Shown here piece after piece: positions 26,203 to 39,585 of a stretch of DNA of 64,000 bases. Under the pieces are notes generated by a model, which searched no databases, was not told the origin of the DNA, and saw only the letters and a list, made by a program, of their open reading frames with translations. Position 1 is the stretch's first letter. Every line of letters begins with the position of its first letter. The stretch spans positions 57,281,475 through 57,345,474 of the forward strand of contig NC_068989.1 in NCBI RefSeq assembly GCF_001194135.2. The letters run 5' to 3'. A program made the translations under genes and the position numbers. This DNA is from Octopus bimaculoides. Lineage: Eukaryota.

Positions 26203-26559
26203 ATTAGTAGCCCATCCCACTCAAAAGGTCCCTGAATAAGGTTTGTTTAAGGATGTTGAGCAAAACACCCATGTTTCCAAAAGTGAATTATCCAAACCCC
26301 AAAGAATTCCTCTCAACACATGGCTATGATGCTCTCTCACTACTTCTGCTCATGATTAGAGCTGCACATATTGTCAGCAACCAAGGGACATGCTCGACTG
26401 GTTAAGGTCTAACAACTGACAAGCAAATCTGTGGTACTGAGCAGAATAATTGCCATAGCCCATCTTTTATACCAAAGACAAAACAATGTACATGATAACA
26501 CTTCCAATCAATTAAGATCAGAAGCCATGAGAGCCACTGCTTGGTACTGCATCCAGGCA
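26203..26559. mobile_element. Family C repeat, copy 3 (truncated)
   Basis: Homology to copies 1 and 2; abuts (ATT)n(GTT)n. Confidence 0.9.
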
Positions 26560-26579
26560 TTTATTATTATTATTATTAC

Positions 26580-26666
<87 letters not shown>

Positions 26667-26719
26667 CGTCGTTGTTGTTGTTGTTGTTGTTGTTGTTATT
26701 ATTATTATTATTATTTTAA

Positions 26720-27460
26720 GGCGATGATCTGGCAGAATCGTTAGCACGTCGGGCAAAATGCTCAACCGTACTTCGCTCGTCTTTACGTTCTGAGTTCAAA
26801 TTCCGCTGAGGTCGACCTTGCTTCTCATCTTTTCGGAGTGTCGATAAATTAAGTACCAGTTGCGTAGTGGGGTCAATTTGATCGACTGGCACCCCCCTCA
26901 AATGTCAGGCCTTGTGCCTATAGTAGAAAGGATTATTATTATTATAATTATTATTATTATTATTATTATTATTTAGCAACATTTTTGCCTGTCTTTTCGT
27001 TCTGAGTTCAAGTTTCGCCGAGGTCAGCTTCGCCTTTTAACCTTTCGGGGTCAATAAAATAAGCACCTGTCGACTACTGGGGTCTATGAAATCTACTTGT
27101 TACCTCCCACAAAATTTCATGCCTTGTGCTTATTGTAGAAAGGATAATTTTAATTACTGTTATTTTAGAATCGTTAGCATTCTGGACAAATGCTTAGCGG
27201 CATCTTTTCTAGGTTTGATTTAGCCTCCTCCTCATCCATATTCCCGGTCCTGTACCTTTATTACAAAGAATTATTTATTTATTTATTACAATATTAAGGT
27301 GGTGAGCTGGTAGAATCGTTTGCATGCCGGGGCAAAAAGCTTAGTGGCGTTTAGTCTCTCTTTACTTTCTGAGTTCAACCCTCGCTGTGGTCGACTTTGT
27401 CTTGCATTCATTCAGAATCGATGAAATAAGTACCAGTTAAGCAATGGGGTCGCACGAAAT
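26720..27460 (+). mobile_element. Cluster of three to four SINE family A copies (26720-26932, 26973-27144, 27298-27460) separated by (ATT)n
   Basis: Repeated TTCTGAGTTCAA...GGTCGAC...TAAGTACCAGTT cores. Confidence 0.9.
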
Positions 27461-28501
27461 CTTGACTAACATTGAAGTTTTGAAGTTTATTATACATATT
27501 TATGCCAGATTTCACTACACAGTAACAGGTTGATCTCTTATAATGTAACTACAAAAATCACTCCTTGTGGATGCAATATGTTCTTCAGCATAATAATCAC
27601 TTTATTTTAAATATCAAATTTGCATAAACGTAACTCAACTGAAAAAACCTACACTTCAACATGAAACAAATTTTTCCGTCGAGCAATTATTAATGAGGCT
27701 ACAAATCGAAAATCAATTTCGATTATTCAACCACCTCATCAATTTTGCTTGATACAGATATTCTACAAGCGGGTGTTGCAAGAAATTTGTATGATGTTGG
27801 TTATGTAGAAACTACAGATAACACAATAATTTTTTAACAATTTACGATAATTAATGAAAGAAATGAATTTATCGCAGTTGAATTGCATGATATTGTATAG
27901 AATTTAGAATAAAGTCAAGGACTGGCTTCCCGGCAGTTCTCATATTCGTAACCTATTTTGGTAAATCAATAACAATCTTCCGCGAATTCATATTTGAAAT
28001 TTAAATAAAACACAAAGAATCCTATAAAATTTTAATAATTCAACATTTGATAGTTTATTTGCAAAGATTATCCTCGGATTTGTTTGCAGTAAATACTGTG
28101 TAATACAGTGACATGTATTCTATAATTGATTTTTATCATAATTAAGATGTTTGTCTTTGCAATCCTGTTAGAATTATACCACAACCGAATTTTGATGCAA
28201 AACGAAAAACAATTTTTAGAACATTTGTTGTAATGCAGGAGTAGTAACCGGTGAGAACGACTGGGTTTATACAGACCTCTTTCAGTTATGTTAAATGCCA
28301 TCTGCACTTTCATATAGGATGAATTACAGGCGTATGTTCGTACGTCCAAATGTTTCAAAGCCGAACATTTTCTCTTTCTTTCTTTCTTGCTTGCTTTTTT
28401 TGCTTTCTTTCTTCCTTTCCTTTCTTTCTTTCTTTCTTTCACTCTTTCTGTCTATCTGACTGTTTGACTGTTCGTTTGCTTATCTGCCGATCTGTGTCTG
28501 A

Positions 28502-28570
<69 letters not shown>

Positions 28571-28625
28571 CCTCCCTTCCTCAATCTTTACTCACATTAT
28601 TCTATGTTCTATATTACTGCTTTAG

Positions 28626-29235
28626 GAAAGGTGGTTTTCTGCTGAGAGAATTTCAGTTACAATAAGGATCTAGGTATTAGTTTTCGTTTCTAGAGTGTGA
28701 TCTACTAATCAATATTATGAAGCAGAAATAGCGAATCCTAATATTACAGCTGTTGAAGAGTTTGTTGTATTTGTGTGTTTGTAGGAAATGCCTTAATAGA
28801 GATAGACATTTACTGGTTATATTTTTGACTACATTTACGGTGAATGTAGATTTTACTTAGCGTTTTCTTACTGGTTTTCTACCGTAAATGCGTGGGTAAG
28901 TACCGTACTGTCTCCTAGCTTCTCTCGAAATATAGCTACTGGTACTTATTAGTGACTGCATTTGTTCTGAATGTGAATTAAATTTGGTTATTTTTCTTTT
29001 CCCTATTTCCTATCATATAAGCGTGATGATGATGCTACTAATGGGTACGACCATGTTATACAGTGGACGACTCAGAAAGATAAGTGCACCTTTTATTCCC
29101 ACTGGAAGTTTCCTAATTGTAGCTGGTGTGCAGTTGGAAAATTTCTGTATGCACACGATCTTATAGTTTGATTATCTATATGATTAGTTCTCCTATATAT
29201 GTAGGTCTGCTACAGCTCGCATTAAGATAGGACTG
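28626..29235 (+). pseudogene. Disrupted exons of a PMP22/EMP/claudin-like gene (TM2-TM3)
   Basis: Joining 28626-28665 + 29022-29125 + 29205-29235 gives ERWFSAERISVTISVMMMLLMGTTMLYSGRLRKISAPFIPTGSFLIVAG|LLQLALR*. The W-to-TG spacing (40 aa) and the FxxTGxFxIxAG|L motif with a phase-1 intron in that Gly match PMP22 as I recall it. The 79-nt intron 29126-29204 is GT-AG. Lesions: no GT at 28666, and TAG at 29228-29230. Confidence 0.6.
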
Positions 29236-29446
29236 GTAATTATTGTTAAATCAAACTTCTTATATATTCTATTAAGTCCTTTCCAAATTTATCCGTGGAG
29301 CGGACAAAAATCGATAACCTCAGTCTATATTCATACTTATATATACATATATATATGTATACATGTATGCAAGTATGTACAGTTATACGCAAGCACACGC
29401 ACGTGCACACACACGCACACACACACACACACACACAAACACACAA

Positions 29447-29477
<31 letters not shown>

Positions 29478-29609
29478 CATATATATATTATAGTGAAAAG
29501 CTCCGTTGGAAAAACTTTTCCCCCCACGTGGTAAGCTGTACTGAAAAATATAAGAAGGAAAAAGTAAAATAATATACAGTCTGTGCATTTTCCTTCTTAC
29601 GTTTTGCAC

Positions 29610-29649
<40 letters not shown>

Positions 29650-29789
29650 CACATAAACACACGCGCACACACACACATACTCATACACCATACACACAAC
29701 ACACGTACATAATACATATATGGGTGTGTGTGTTTGTGTGTGTGTGTCTAGGTAGGTAGGTAGGTAAGTAGGTAGATTATAAATATATA

Positions 29790-30014
<225 letters not shown>

Positions 30015-30482
30015 GTTAGCGGTGGTGACATGGTGAAGTGATGAAGGGCAGTACGATTTATATTTACTCTTTCATTGAAATCAACAAAAAGTTATATATA
30101 GCCTATGCTGCCTTTATAATCATGTCAGCACTTACGTTATTCCTCTTTTCAGACTATAACCTAATGAATGTGTTCTGCAGACCAATTTAACAAGTCGATC
30201 GTTCCAAATCAAGCAAACGGTTAATCAATAATCATGTGATACGTAAACCAAATATACCACCATCCTCTGGGTCATTGCAACAGCTGGTCAGTTTATGTCT
30301 ATACGTAACACTATAGATGTTAGTAAGCACTGGAAATAGAACAAACAATAGTGAAAAGAAGAGAAGGAAGATGTATGGCTGGCTGGTTGGTCGGTTGGAT
30401 GGTGAATTAAGTGTGGGATTAAACAGCTGAAGGTGAAGGAAAATGTGTATATGTATAGATGTATGGGTCTTTGCATGTGTGC

Positions 30483-30535
<53 letters not shown>

Positions 30536-30624
30536 TATATATGGTTTTTGCGAAGCAAACAGGAAACATAGAACACGAAACATGAGTATATATTTCTGTA
30601 TTTTTTGTCACTATTCAACAGAAG

Positions 30625-30723
30625 TAACAGAATGACTCAAAGACCGAGTGTTTCGTACGTTAGCACTTACCAAAGTTTGATAAATATTAACGTACAAAAC
30701 TCTCGGCCCTTGAGTCACTGTTA
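30625..30723. other. Near-perfect palindrome/hairpin (42-bp arms)
   Basis: 30633-30674 versus the reverse complement of 30676-30717: 34/42 identical. Confidence 0.85.
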
Positions 30724-30846
30724 TTTCAGTCAAATATTAATAATATGTACGTATGTATTACATATGTTATGTTGATATATATACATCAATATTTATTTAT
30801 ACATAAATAAGTGTGTATATCGAGAGTGAGAAATAATAAGACTGTA

Positions 30847-30912
<66 letters not shown>

Positions 30913-30943
30913 ACAGACAGACAGATAGACAGACAGACAGACT

Positions 30944-31038
<95 letters not shown>

Positions 31039-31284
31039 GGGGAGAGAGAGAGAAATTGTGTGTGTGCGCGTGTCCTAAGTGTGTTTGAGGTTTCTGTTTA
31101 TGGAAGCAGTGCTTGTAGGTGTGAAATGACTAGTTTACTTGTAGATCGTGTGTTGAATGACAGAAAGGAATATCATCAGAATAAATTGCATTTGGTCAGT
31201 AAGTAATTTCTAATGCAAAGAAGGAAACTTACGAGAAGTGTACCCTAAACTTAATGGTACTTCTTTCCCTTACATGTTCATTAG

Positions 31285-31884
31285 GTTCGTTTTTGTTTCT
31301 ATGCCGCTGCGGGTGAGTGAGACGTTTGTTTATGCGGTGAATATGTGGAACAGTTGTGATTGATTATTGGACAGCTAAAGTAATGTGTCATAGCAATGTT
31401 TATTCGTTGCTCTAGTTTTTTTTTTATTATTATTATTGAGTTGCAAAACAGAAATTGTAGTTGTTTGTTGTAAGATGTGGATCTTCACCTTACTCGTCAC
31501 TACGCCTCATGCATCTGAATTATAAAGTTGTACAGTTTGTACTTGAGACCCTTGCACTTTGGAAGAATATATGAGAGGACATAAGATTTTCTTTGTGGCT
31601 GTGAATATCTGTGTACTTTGCTTTGATCACTTCATCAGTCTGGTCAGACTTCTCGGCAGAATCAGATCCATGTATATCTGTCACAGGACGGTTGGTGCAT
31701 GTTTTTGCTATTTCTTTTCTATTTTCCAGAAGAAATTGTTTGCGAGTTACTCAGTGAAGTCTGGGGATATTTTATTTCATTTTATTTTATTTTATATTTG
31801 TCTATGCAAAGACTGGTCAGTTGGAAATGTTATTGCTTTACGTTGATTGCCATTATTCACTTGTTTTATTATTTTCATTGTTAG
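31285..31884 (+). other. Candidate downstream exons (31285-31312 and 31730-31884) of the same claudin-like locus, possible TM4
   Basis: Strong acceptors (cattag|, ttctattttccag|) and a GTGAGT donor at 31313. The phases are compatible and give VRFCFYAAAEEIVCELLSEVWGYFISFYF...SWKCYCFTLIAIIHLFYYFHC*. The resemblance to claudin GWSF/TM4 is loose. Confidence 0.3.
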
Positions 31885-32316
31885 AATTTTGTAGCAAGAT
31901 ACCGATTTCGTGCTACTAATATCAGACCTTCCGTTTCTTTAGCATTCAGTCTAGAGTTTTAAAGGCATTGTTGACTTTCTTATTGATTCACTTCCTTTCA
32001 ATTCAATTTTGCAGAATAGCGATCACAGATAGAAATTTCTCTAAAGAGAAAATGAAAGCGCTCTTTGAGATTTTATCTTTTGCAATCTTTTTAAACCATT
32101 TCTATCGTATTCTTCTATTTAACTTTTTTCTTTCCAGTGCGTTTAGCTTCTAGTCTTTCTTCTATTTTTTCTCCTTAAACAGAGATTCGAAAGGCAAAAC
32201 ACAAGTATACAATATTTTTAGGTTTTTATCTATAGTTTTCAGTGTTGGATAGTTTCCATGGATTTATTCATTATATTTTTCTTTCTTTTTGGAAATGATA
32301 AAGCTCCTACATCTTT

Positions 32317-32357
32317 CATCAAAATTTTCAGACCTTCATAGGTTCATCTTCAGGATG
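32317..32357 (-). ncRNA. Degenerate minimal type-I hammerhead motif
   Basis: Minus strand CATC-CTGAAGA-T-GAACC-tatgaa-GGTCT-GAAA-ATTTT-GATG. Stem I CATC/GATG is perfect, stem III is palindromic (AAAATTTT), stem II is imperfect. Confidence 0.5.
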
Positions 32358-32759
32358 CAGTAATATAAGCTTGTGTTGCTGCCTGGACCAATACAGTTCG
32401 TGTAGACATTAATCCCGAAACTCGAATTTTGCCCGTTAGACTTATAAATGATCAGGTTTAGCATCTCCCGGTTTAGCATCAACCATACCATTTAGATCAC
32501 AACAGTACTACCCTATACTTTCATGTTTCGTAGAACACACGGGGTAGCAATAATTCTTGTTAGATTTCCAATACTGAACCTCAACCAGACTACGATTGTT
32601 TTGGAGACAAAATTATCATGCAAATACTCAGACCGGGCAACAAACACGTTAATATCAACCAATCTATGAAGGGTTTGTGCGCTTGAAAAATGTGCTCCCT
32701 GTTCTCTGATTAACATATTAGAAATACAAATAATTCATTATCATCATTCATGGAGTGCA

Positions 32760-34200
32760 CGAGCGTTTTACATTCAGAGTCAATGTCTTTGATACCAGAT
32801 CACAACCATTTTCCTTAGATATCAAAGAGCTTTCTTACAATGCTTGCTGTTCCCAAAGAGCAGACTTCTGAATTAATTCATCTCGTGATGACGGTGCCTA
32901 GGGTACCTATAACAACTAGGATTACTTTTGTAGAAATTCTCCACAGTTGTCGTATTTCCTTAGCCAAATCCTGGTATTTCCTATTTTCTCCTGATCTTTG
33001 ACCGATACATGCATGTCCGCAGATATAGCCACATCTATGATAATGCACTCTTTTTCCCCCTTGTCTAGATCCATAATATCTGGTCGCCTTGCATGAAGTT
33101 CGCGATTCCCCTGTTCATTAAAATCGGATAAAACCTTCTACTGGTCGTCCCATAATATACTTTCTCATTGATGTTCGTACCATTTTCTTCCTACCCCAAA
33201 TCCTCTTTGCCGTAATTTGTATTAGTCTAATGCCTTGGCCACACAGTCGTGTCAGCGTCTATATTCCATGTGTTAGAAAAAAAACACAGGAAATTATTAT
33301 ATGCATAACGGATTCCTCTTTCTTATTACATACTCTTCACTTTGCACTTTTCGTGGATTTGTCTATTTTGGCCTTAATGATATTTTTCCCCAGTGACTGT
33401 CTTTGAACAATCATTATGAGCCCTTCCTATGCTTTTTTAAGGGCTCTATTCTTGAGCCATAAACAAGACGTCCCGCGTTTGTCTGAGATACTGAGCGTGT
33501 AGATCTTTTCCCCTGATATTTCTTTCTCGCTCCTGCTTTCTTTTCTTGTATTCCGTTGATATCTCTACAGCTCCTTTCTCCTTTCCTTTCGCAGCTGAAA
33601 TCAATCTTTCTGAGTTGTTTTGTCATTTCTATACAGTCGTCTTTTGCTATTAGTCTTCTCCCCACTCCTTCCATTGTAGGTATAACCTATCGACAACAGT
33701 GGAAGGTAGCGAACTGCCCATGGATATTGTCTTCCTGCTTTTACAATCTGTCTCTTAGTTCTTTAGTCCAGTTCAGGAAGGCAGCAGAATATCGTATTAG
33801 AGAGTCTGCCCATGCGTTTACAGTAGAAATGCTTTTCTCTCTGCCTCCAAAACACTTAGGCACTTGGAACAGTTACAGCTCATTCGTTGTTCAGACCGAT
33901 GTCTTATTTGAGAGTTTAATCCCTTCTGACTTGGATATTTTTCCTCATTTTCTCTCTAACATCGCACATTTGTCTCTTCCGAACTCCATGTCAGTATCAT
34001 TACTAACAACTCTAACAGTTTGAACCAGTGAAACTAAAGCTTTCTCACTTTTACGCAAATAATTTCAGATCGTCCATTAAAAGGAGTTTCTCACCACTGC
34101 TAAATTCGTAGCATAATTTAACCTCTTTCAAAGTTGAGGTAAGAGGGATATGAGCAACCACGAATAGCAGTGGTGAGAGTGTATCACTTTGGAATATGTT
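32760..34200 (-). mobile_element. R4/Dong-like non-LTR retrotransposon relic (RT end through RLE)
   Basis: LMDDLKL at 34060-34080, DMEFGRDKCAML, KYQDLAKEIRQLW..VIGTLG; many stops. Confidence 0.85.
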
Positions 34201-34574
34201 GACTTGACCTAACTTACCTTGATCTGATGTTAGTATAGCCTCTATTTTGGCACACTGTTTTGTAAGAGCTGGACAACATTCTCAACTATTACAAATAGCT
34301 TCAAGCGTTTTAGGATCCATGAGTGTGCCTTTTAGCAATCGATCCATGTTGTTGCTAGGTATTTCTTTTGACGTCCTGGAGGGCTTACTGATCTATAATA
34401 GGTCACTGGTCCCTTTGAAACTATTTCTGTTCTTTTGGCAGCAGATCTCATCCCTCGCTTCAAAGTAGTTATATATAGCAATAACACCTTTTAGCAACTT
34501 CCACATCAGGGGAAAGCAAGCTATTTGCCGGTAGTTACTTTCTATATTTCCTTTCTTTTAGTCTTCAATATCAA

Positions 34575-34890
34575 TACTGTCGATCCGGTACCAGACGAGG
34601 ATTCTGGTTTATTTGTTATATTTTCTTTACCTTACATGATTACAATCTTACGTTAAAGTTCAAGTTATTCTCAATTATCTCCCTTTAGGATGCAACTATT
34701 TTGAATGGTGAATTTGTTAAACTTTGGCTTGTATTAGATAAGGATAAGCTATTTATTACTGTTACACCCACCTTCATATTCCATGACTATCATTGGGATC
34801 GATCGGGTAGCGGACAAGGATTCTGAAATATTTTTCCGGTTTTTTTACTCAATTTTTGAGAGCGGTCGTGATCATTTTTAGTATTCTCGT
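34575..34890 (+). mobile_element. Internally deleted fragment of the Helentron-like family at 36939
   Basis: Shares GATCGATCCGGTACC.GAC.AGGATTCT and TGAGAGCGGTC.. ATTTTTAGTATTCTCGTT with 37096-37820. Confidence 0.65.
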
Positions 34891-34917
34891 TATCATTATT
34901 ATTGTTATTATTATTAA

Positions 34918-35114
34918 AGTGACGAGCTTGCAGAATCGTTAGCAAGCTACACGAAATGTTTAGCGGTACGTTCTGAGTTCAAATTCCGCCGAGATCAACT
35001 TTGCCTTTCATCCTTTCGGGGTCAATAAATTAAGTACCAGTGAAACACTGAGGTCGATGTAATCGATTAGTCCCCACCCACCAGATTTCAGGCCTTGTGC
35101 CTTTAGTAGAAAGG
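34918..35114 (+). mobile_element. SINE family A
   Basis: Near full-length; tail AGGATT(ATT)n. Confidence 0.9.
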
Positions 35115-35186
<72 letters not shown>

Positions 35187-36119
35187 NNNNNNNNNNNNNN
35201 NNNNNNNNNNNNNNNNNNNNNNNNNNNNNNNNNNNNNNNNNNNNNNNNNNNNNNNNNNNNNNNNNNNNNNNNNNNNNNNNNNNNNNNNNNNNNNNNNNNN
35301 NNNNNNNNNNNNNNNNNNNNNNNNNNNNNNNNNNNNNNNNNNNNNNNNNNNNNNNNNNNNNNNNNNNNNNNNNNNNNNNNNNNNNNNNNNNNNNNNNNNN
35401 NNNNNNNNNNNNNNNNNNNNNNNNNNNNNNNNNNNNNNNNNNNNNNNNNNNNNNNNNNNNNNNNNNNNNNNNNNNNNNNNNNNNNNNNNNNNNNNNNNNN
35501 NNNNNNNNNNNNNNNNNNNNNNNNNNNNNNNNNNNNNNNNNNNNNNNNNNNNNNNNNNNNNNNNNNNNNNNNNNNNNNNNNNNNNNNNNNNNNNNNNNNN
35601 NNNNNNNNNNNNNNNNNNNNNNNNNNNNNNNNNNNNNNNNNNNNNNNNNNNNNNNNNNNNNNNNNNNNNNNNNNNNNNNNNNNNNNNNNNNNNNNNNNNN
35701 NNNNNNNNNNNNNNNNNNNNNNNNNNNNNNNNNNNNNNNNNNNNNNNNNNNNNNNNNNNNNNNNNNNNNNNNNNNNNNNNNNNNNNNNNNNNNNNNNNNN
35801 NNNNNNNNNNNNNNNNNNNNNNNNNNNNNNNNNNNNNNNNNNNNNNNNNNNNNNNNNNNNNNNNNNNNNNNNNNNNNNNNNNNNNNNNNNNNNNNNNNNN
35901 NNNNNNNNNNNNNNNNNNNNNNNNNNNNNNNNNNNNNNNNNNNNNNNNNNNNNNNNNNNNNNNNNNNNNNNNNNNNNNNNNNNNNNNNNNNNNNNNNNNN
36001 NNNNNNNNNNNNNNNNNNNNNNNNNNNNNNNNNNNNNNNNNNNNNNNNNNNNNNNNNNNNNNNNNNNNNNNNNNNNNNNNNNNNNNNNNNNNNNNNNNNN
36101 NNNNNNNNNNNNNNNNNNN

Positions 36120-36800
36120 CCGCTTTTAGCCCTGAGCTTCGTAACCATTGATGTGTGTGTTTCTGGTCGACATCAGCTTGTTTGCTACGAGCCACATACT
36201 TGCCATGCAGAGGTTTCTGTTCCCATCTGCTAGCTAATTTTTCATGTGCTTTTGTCTTTGCAATTAATTTTATTTTCTGTGCAGCAGTAGTTGGCGCATT
36301 TCCTTCAACCTGATCAATCAGGTAGGTATCTAAGAGATCAGTAGTGAAATTTTGGCTCTCTTTCAGAATAGAGTGAAGTTTTTTCGGTCTTTCATGTTTT
36401 TCAACAGGTTTTAGCATCCAATCATTGGTTGTTTCAAGGTATTTGGCCAGTCCGATTGTTTTGGATTTTGTACGTAAGTTCAAGCTAGATCAAGCTTCGA
36501 CCTCCCTGAGCTCTGGGAAGGTGAAGACGATCCACGTCTGCCTTTGGATGGTGCATCTTATTACAAGTCAGTAGCTTGCGGATTTTTCTATCAAATTTCA
36601 TTATTTCACTGCTATTCCAGTTAAGCACATTGAAGCTATAAAGAGCAACTGGGACTGCTAAGGAATTTATGGCCAACACCTTATTATATGCATTCAGCTC
36701 AAACTTCAGAAGTGCTCGAACTCTTCTATAACATTCCTTCCTAACCTTCTCCTTCATGCTTGTATGCTGGATACTAGAGCCTTCATTTATTCCTAGGTAT
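36120..36800 (-). mobile_element. R4/Dong-like non-LTR retrotransposon fragment (post-RT region)
   Basis: KVLAINSLAVPVALYSFNVLNW...DRKIRKLLT..MHHPKADVDRLHLPRAQGGRSLI; WEQKPLHGKY..HQWLRSSGLK. Confidence 0.92.
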
Positions 36801-36839
36801 TTATAGGTTTGTTCCTGCTCAAGTTCCTTTCTTCTTCTT

Positions 36840-37930
<1,091 letters not shown>

Positions 37931-37950
37931 TGTTGTTGTTATTATCATTA

Positions 37951-38025
<75 letters not shown>

Positions 38026-38049
38026 CAAGACGTCGCACAGCATCCAATA

Positions 38050-38560
38050 TCGTGATGTTGTTGATCGAAGATATTGTGTCTATCATGAATTTGTAATGTC
38101 TGTCAAGTCACAACAATGACCCCAGACAGACAGTACTTTACGCAATATCCCAGAGGTTTTTGCCTTCCCCTTTTCGTCCATTGCCTTTTCTGGTGCATAT
38201 TGGTACCAAGCACTTGTTACTTCGTATCCATACTTCTGGCATATAAGCCAGTGAAGGTTTGCGCTTGAACTCTTTCTGTGCAATATTTTCACAAGCACAA
38301 ACAATGTGAGTCATGTTTTCGAACTTCTTCCCACACATGCTGCAGGGGTTTATTGCACTTGTGTGCTATATATCTCTTTCCACTGAGTTAGTATTCAATG
38401 CTTGATCCTAGACAGCGATGATTAAGCTTTCAGTCGGCTTTTTTTAGGTCACCCGTGCTGAGACACTTCCATGATGCTTCCTGATCTTAAGTTGTTAGTT
38501 TCATGGTGGAACTGATCATGTAATTCCATGCAGAGTGGAGTTTCTTCTCTCATTCGCTAA
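38050..38560 (-). mobile_element. R4/Dong-like fragment (Zn knuckle/RLE region)
   Basis: CGKKFENMTHIVCACENIAQKEFKR; LHWLICQKYGYEVTSAWYQYAPEK. Confidence 0.85.
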
Positions 38561-38818
38561 TCGTGATCGGAATTGATTAGAACGCTTAAGTCCGTTATTA
38601 TTATGAAATATACACCAGTTGAGTACTGGGGTGGATGTAATCGAATAAACCCCTGTCCCAATATTTTAGACCTAGTGCCTCTAGTAGAACAAAATATTAT
38701 CATTATCGTTGTTGTTGTTGTTGCTGCTGCTGCTCTGTTTTATGTGAGCCGTTCCATGTCTCACTTAGATACCTCAAATAACAAGATGGATGTTTTACTC
38801 GGGTGTTATTTATGAAGA

Positions 38819-39203
38819 GCAGGAGTGGTTGTGTGGTAAGTAACTTGCTTACCAACCACATGGTTCCGGGTTCAGTCCCATTGCGTAGAACCTTGAGCAA
38901 GTATCTTCTACTATAGCTTCAGGCCGACCAAAGCCTTGTGAGTGGATTTGGTAGACGGAAACTGAAAGAAGCCCGTCGTATATNNNNNNNNNNGTATGTG
39001 TGTATTTGTCCCTCCAGAATCACTTGACAACCGATGCTGTTGTGTTTACGTCCCCGTACCCTAGCAGCTTGGCGAAAGAGACCGATAGAATAATTACTAG
39101 GCTAACAGAGAATAAGTCCTGGGGACGATTTGCTCGACTAAAGGCGGTTCTCCAGCATGGCTACAGTCAAATAACTGAAACAAGTAAAAGAATAAAACAA
39201 TAA
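38819..39203 (+). mobile_element. SINE family B, near full length
   Basis: A box TGTGTGGTAAG, B box GGTTCAGTCCC, internal (TA)/(TG), tail AAGTAAAAGAATAAAA. Confidence 0.92.
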
Positions 39204-39244
39204 GAAAAGAAAATAAAGTGGTGGAGAAAAAAGAAAGTTTACAG

Positions 39245-39490
39245 CGACAATATTCTTCTCAATACGTGTGATAATCTTTTACCTGGATAGTAAGGGATCA
39301 TTCTTAAATAATTTTCAGTTCCTTTTTTGATCATTCCAAGTGCTCCTACCATCACTGGTATTGTAACTGTTTTGAGATGTCATATCTTTTGAATTCGGAT
39401 TAGCAGATTTTTATATATTCTGAGCTTATCAAATTCTTTTGCCGAGGTATTATGGTCACAGGCTATGCTCGTGTCAATCAATAAACAGAC
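39245..39490 (-). mobile_element. R4/Dong-like RLE 3' fragment
   Basis: CLLIDTSIACDHNTSAKEFDKL..KTVTIPVMVGALGMIKK. Confidence 0.85.
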
Positions 39491-39533
39491 ATATTGCTTT
39501 TGTCTTTCACAACAATATCTAGTTTATTTGCTC

Positions 39534-39585
<52 letters not shown>

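Noticed and set aside
27758-27840. Possible ECL1 exon (ILQAGVARNLY) of the claudin-like pseudogene
   Set aside because: No GLW or cysteines, and a weak donor; not distinguishable from chance.
28671-29230. Rescue of the TAG stops by A-to-I editing (TAG to TGG)
   Set aside because: Editing would not restore the TM reading frame across the junction, and it would put R-W-D inside TM3. A frameshift or pseudogene explanation is simpler.
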